Shown here: positions 63,002 to 64,000 of the stretch, piece after piece
Numbering within the stretch: position 1 is the stretch's first letter
How the letters are laid out: every line of letters begins with the position of its first letter
Assembly (NCBI GenBank): GCA_011050075.1
Contig: DRGK01000012.1
Coordinates: 771-64,770 of the forward strand
Direction of reading: 5' to 3'
Source: Candidatus Jorgensenbacteria bacterium
GTDB lineage: Bacteria; Patescibacteriota; Minisyncoccia; UBA6257; GWB1-50-10
DNA length: 64,000 bases
The notes under the pieces: model-generated
Seen by the model: the letters and a program-made list of their open reading frames with translations, nothing else
Told to the model about the DNA's origin: nothing
The model's database searches: none
Position numbers and translations under genes: made by a program

Positions 63002-64000
63002 TATTAGAAGTATTTAGTTTGTTGGTGAGATAATCAGGAAGCTCGGAAATTAATACACGTTCCTGCTTCATAGTGTCTCGATTTCGTACCGTAACATCAT
63101 TCTGGTTTAAACTATCAAAATCAACAGTAATGCAGTATGGCGTTCCTGCCTCATCTTGATACCGATATCGTTTGCCGATATTGCCTCGGTCGTCCCAATC
63201 AACCATCCACATAACTTTTAAGTCGTCGTAGACGGACCGCGCCAATGTAACTAACTCGGGTTTGTTGGAGAGTAGTGGAAATATCGCAACTTTGTACGGC
63301 GCAAGTTGCGGATGGAGTTTCAGTACGATGCGTATCTCTTTATCGGTTTTTTCTTCATTATACGCGCTGGCAAGGAAAAAGAGTGCTGCTCTGTCTACCC
63401 CACCGGACGTTTCAATGACCCATGGTATATACCTCTCCTTACTTTCCGGATCAAAGTATCGCATGTCTTCTCCCGAGTATTCTTGATGACGGCGCAGATC
63501 CCAGTCCCCGCGATTGTGAATTCCTTCCATTTCTTTCCACTCATTACCAAGCTTGAACTCAATATCACACGCACTCTGCGCGTAGTGTGCACGTTCATTG
63601 GGCTTATGTTCACGGAACCGAAGAAGCTTTTTAGAGAGTCCAAGTGATTGATACCAGCTCATACGCTCTTGTTTCCAGTAATCAAACCAGCGTGTGGCTT
63701 CTTTTTTATTCGGCTGTATATAGAATTGCAACTCCATTTGTTCAAACTCACGTGAGCGGAATGATAGTTGTCCGGGTGTGATTTCATTCCTAAATGCTTT
63801 GCCGATTTGAGCAACTCCAAAAGGAATAGTAACTCGGGAGGACTGCATAACTTGTTTGAAGTTGACGTGTACACCCTGTGTAATCTCTCCTCGCAAGTAC
63901 ACCTTCTGCTTGTCATTCTCCACAGCGCCGAGGGAGGTTTCCATAAGTAGATTAAACTGCCGCGTTTCTCCAAGTGGGGCATTACAGCTTGGACAGAGCC
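62988..64000 (-). CDS. glyQS: Glycyl-tRNA synthetase (class II, GlyQS type), N-terminus beyond the window edge
   Basis: The class II motifs are FRSREFEQMELQFY and the motif-3-like GGVDRAALFFL. The frame continues to the window end. Confidence 0.75.
   Translation of the reverse strand, partial: LCPSCNAPLGETRQFNLLMETSLGAVENDKQKVYLRGEITQGVHVNFKQVMQSSRVTIPFGVAQIGKAFRNEITPGQLSFRSREFEQMELQFYIQPNKKEATRWFDYWKQERMSWYQSLGLSKKLLRFREHKPNERAHYAQSACDIEFKLGNEWKEMEGIHNRGDWDLRRHQEYSGEDMRYFDPESKERYIPWVIETSGGVDRAALFFLASAYNEEKTDKEIRIVLKLHPQLAPYKVAIFPLLSNKPELVTLARSVYDDLKVMWMVDWDDRGNIGKRYRYQDEAGTPYCITVDFDSLNQNDVTVRNRDTMKQERVLISELPDYLTNKLNTSNNVLI

Noticed and set aside
1-64000. CRISPR arrays, rRNA genes, transposases, integrases and phage genes
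   Set aside because: No direct-repeat/spacer architecture, no rRNA-like conserved segments and no recombinase-like ORFs were recognised on either strand.

Overview
This 64 kb window looks like a streamlined bacterial chromosome, possibly from a CPR/Patescibacteria-type genome. That guess rests on small housekeeping proteins, two apparently leaderless starts and an envelope-spanning secretion-like cluster, and is inference only.

It contains the replication-origin neighbourhood on its classical layout: dnaA-dnaN on the minus strand, divergent from rpmH-yidC-jag on the plus strand. The window is dense in translation genes (tyrS, ileS, leuS, a partial glyQS, infC-rpmI-rplT, rpsT, rpmH, tmRNA plus smpB, three tRNAs). 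It also carries peptidoglycan genes (murC, murD, a murE-like ligase, murB, a class A PBP), DNA repair and replication genes (ruvA, ruvB, ruvC, polA, holA), clpP and a ClpC-like ATPase.

The findings that stand out are:
- At the 5' edge, the 3' end of a radical-SAM/SPASM maturase is followed, after a good ribosome-binding site, by a 74-aa peptide with six regularly spaced Cys-x-Pro motifs and a strong terminator. This is a candidate RiPP precursor (ranthipeptide/SCIFF-like, or anSME-like chemistry).
- An 11-gene, roughly 11.4 kb co-directional cluster at 44147-55519 encodes a VirB4-like ATPase (split into two ORFs), a VirB6-like polytopic protein, a VirB3-position small membrane protein, a pilin-like protein with a Cys-rich tail and several secreted proteins. 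It reads as a type IV secretion-like apparatus with no relaxase, VirD4 or integrase in view.
- The IleRS carries a roughly 200-aa histidine-phosphatase (PGAM-family) domain inserted in its catalytic core.
- A short PurA-family protein has Ser in place of the catalytic Asp of the P-loop.
- An AT-rich pabA-pabB pair sits among housekeeping genes.
- A strong promoter drives a 55-aa poly-acidic ORF, followed by a 20-bp hairpin, immediately upstream of the PBP gene.
- A 122-nt element is bounded by perfect 15-bp inverted repeats.

No rRNA, CRISPR array, transposase or integrase was seen.
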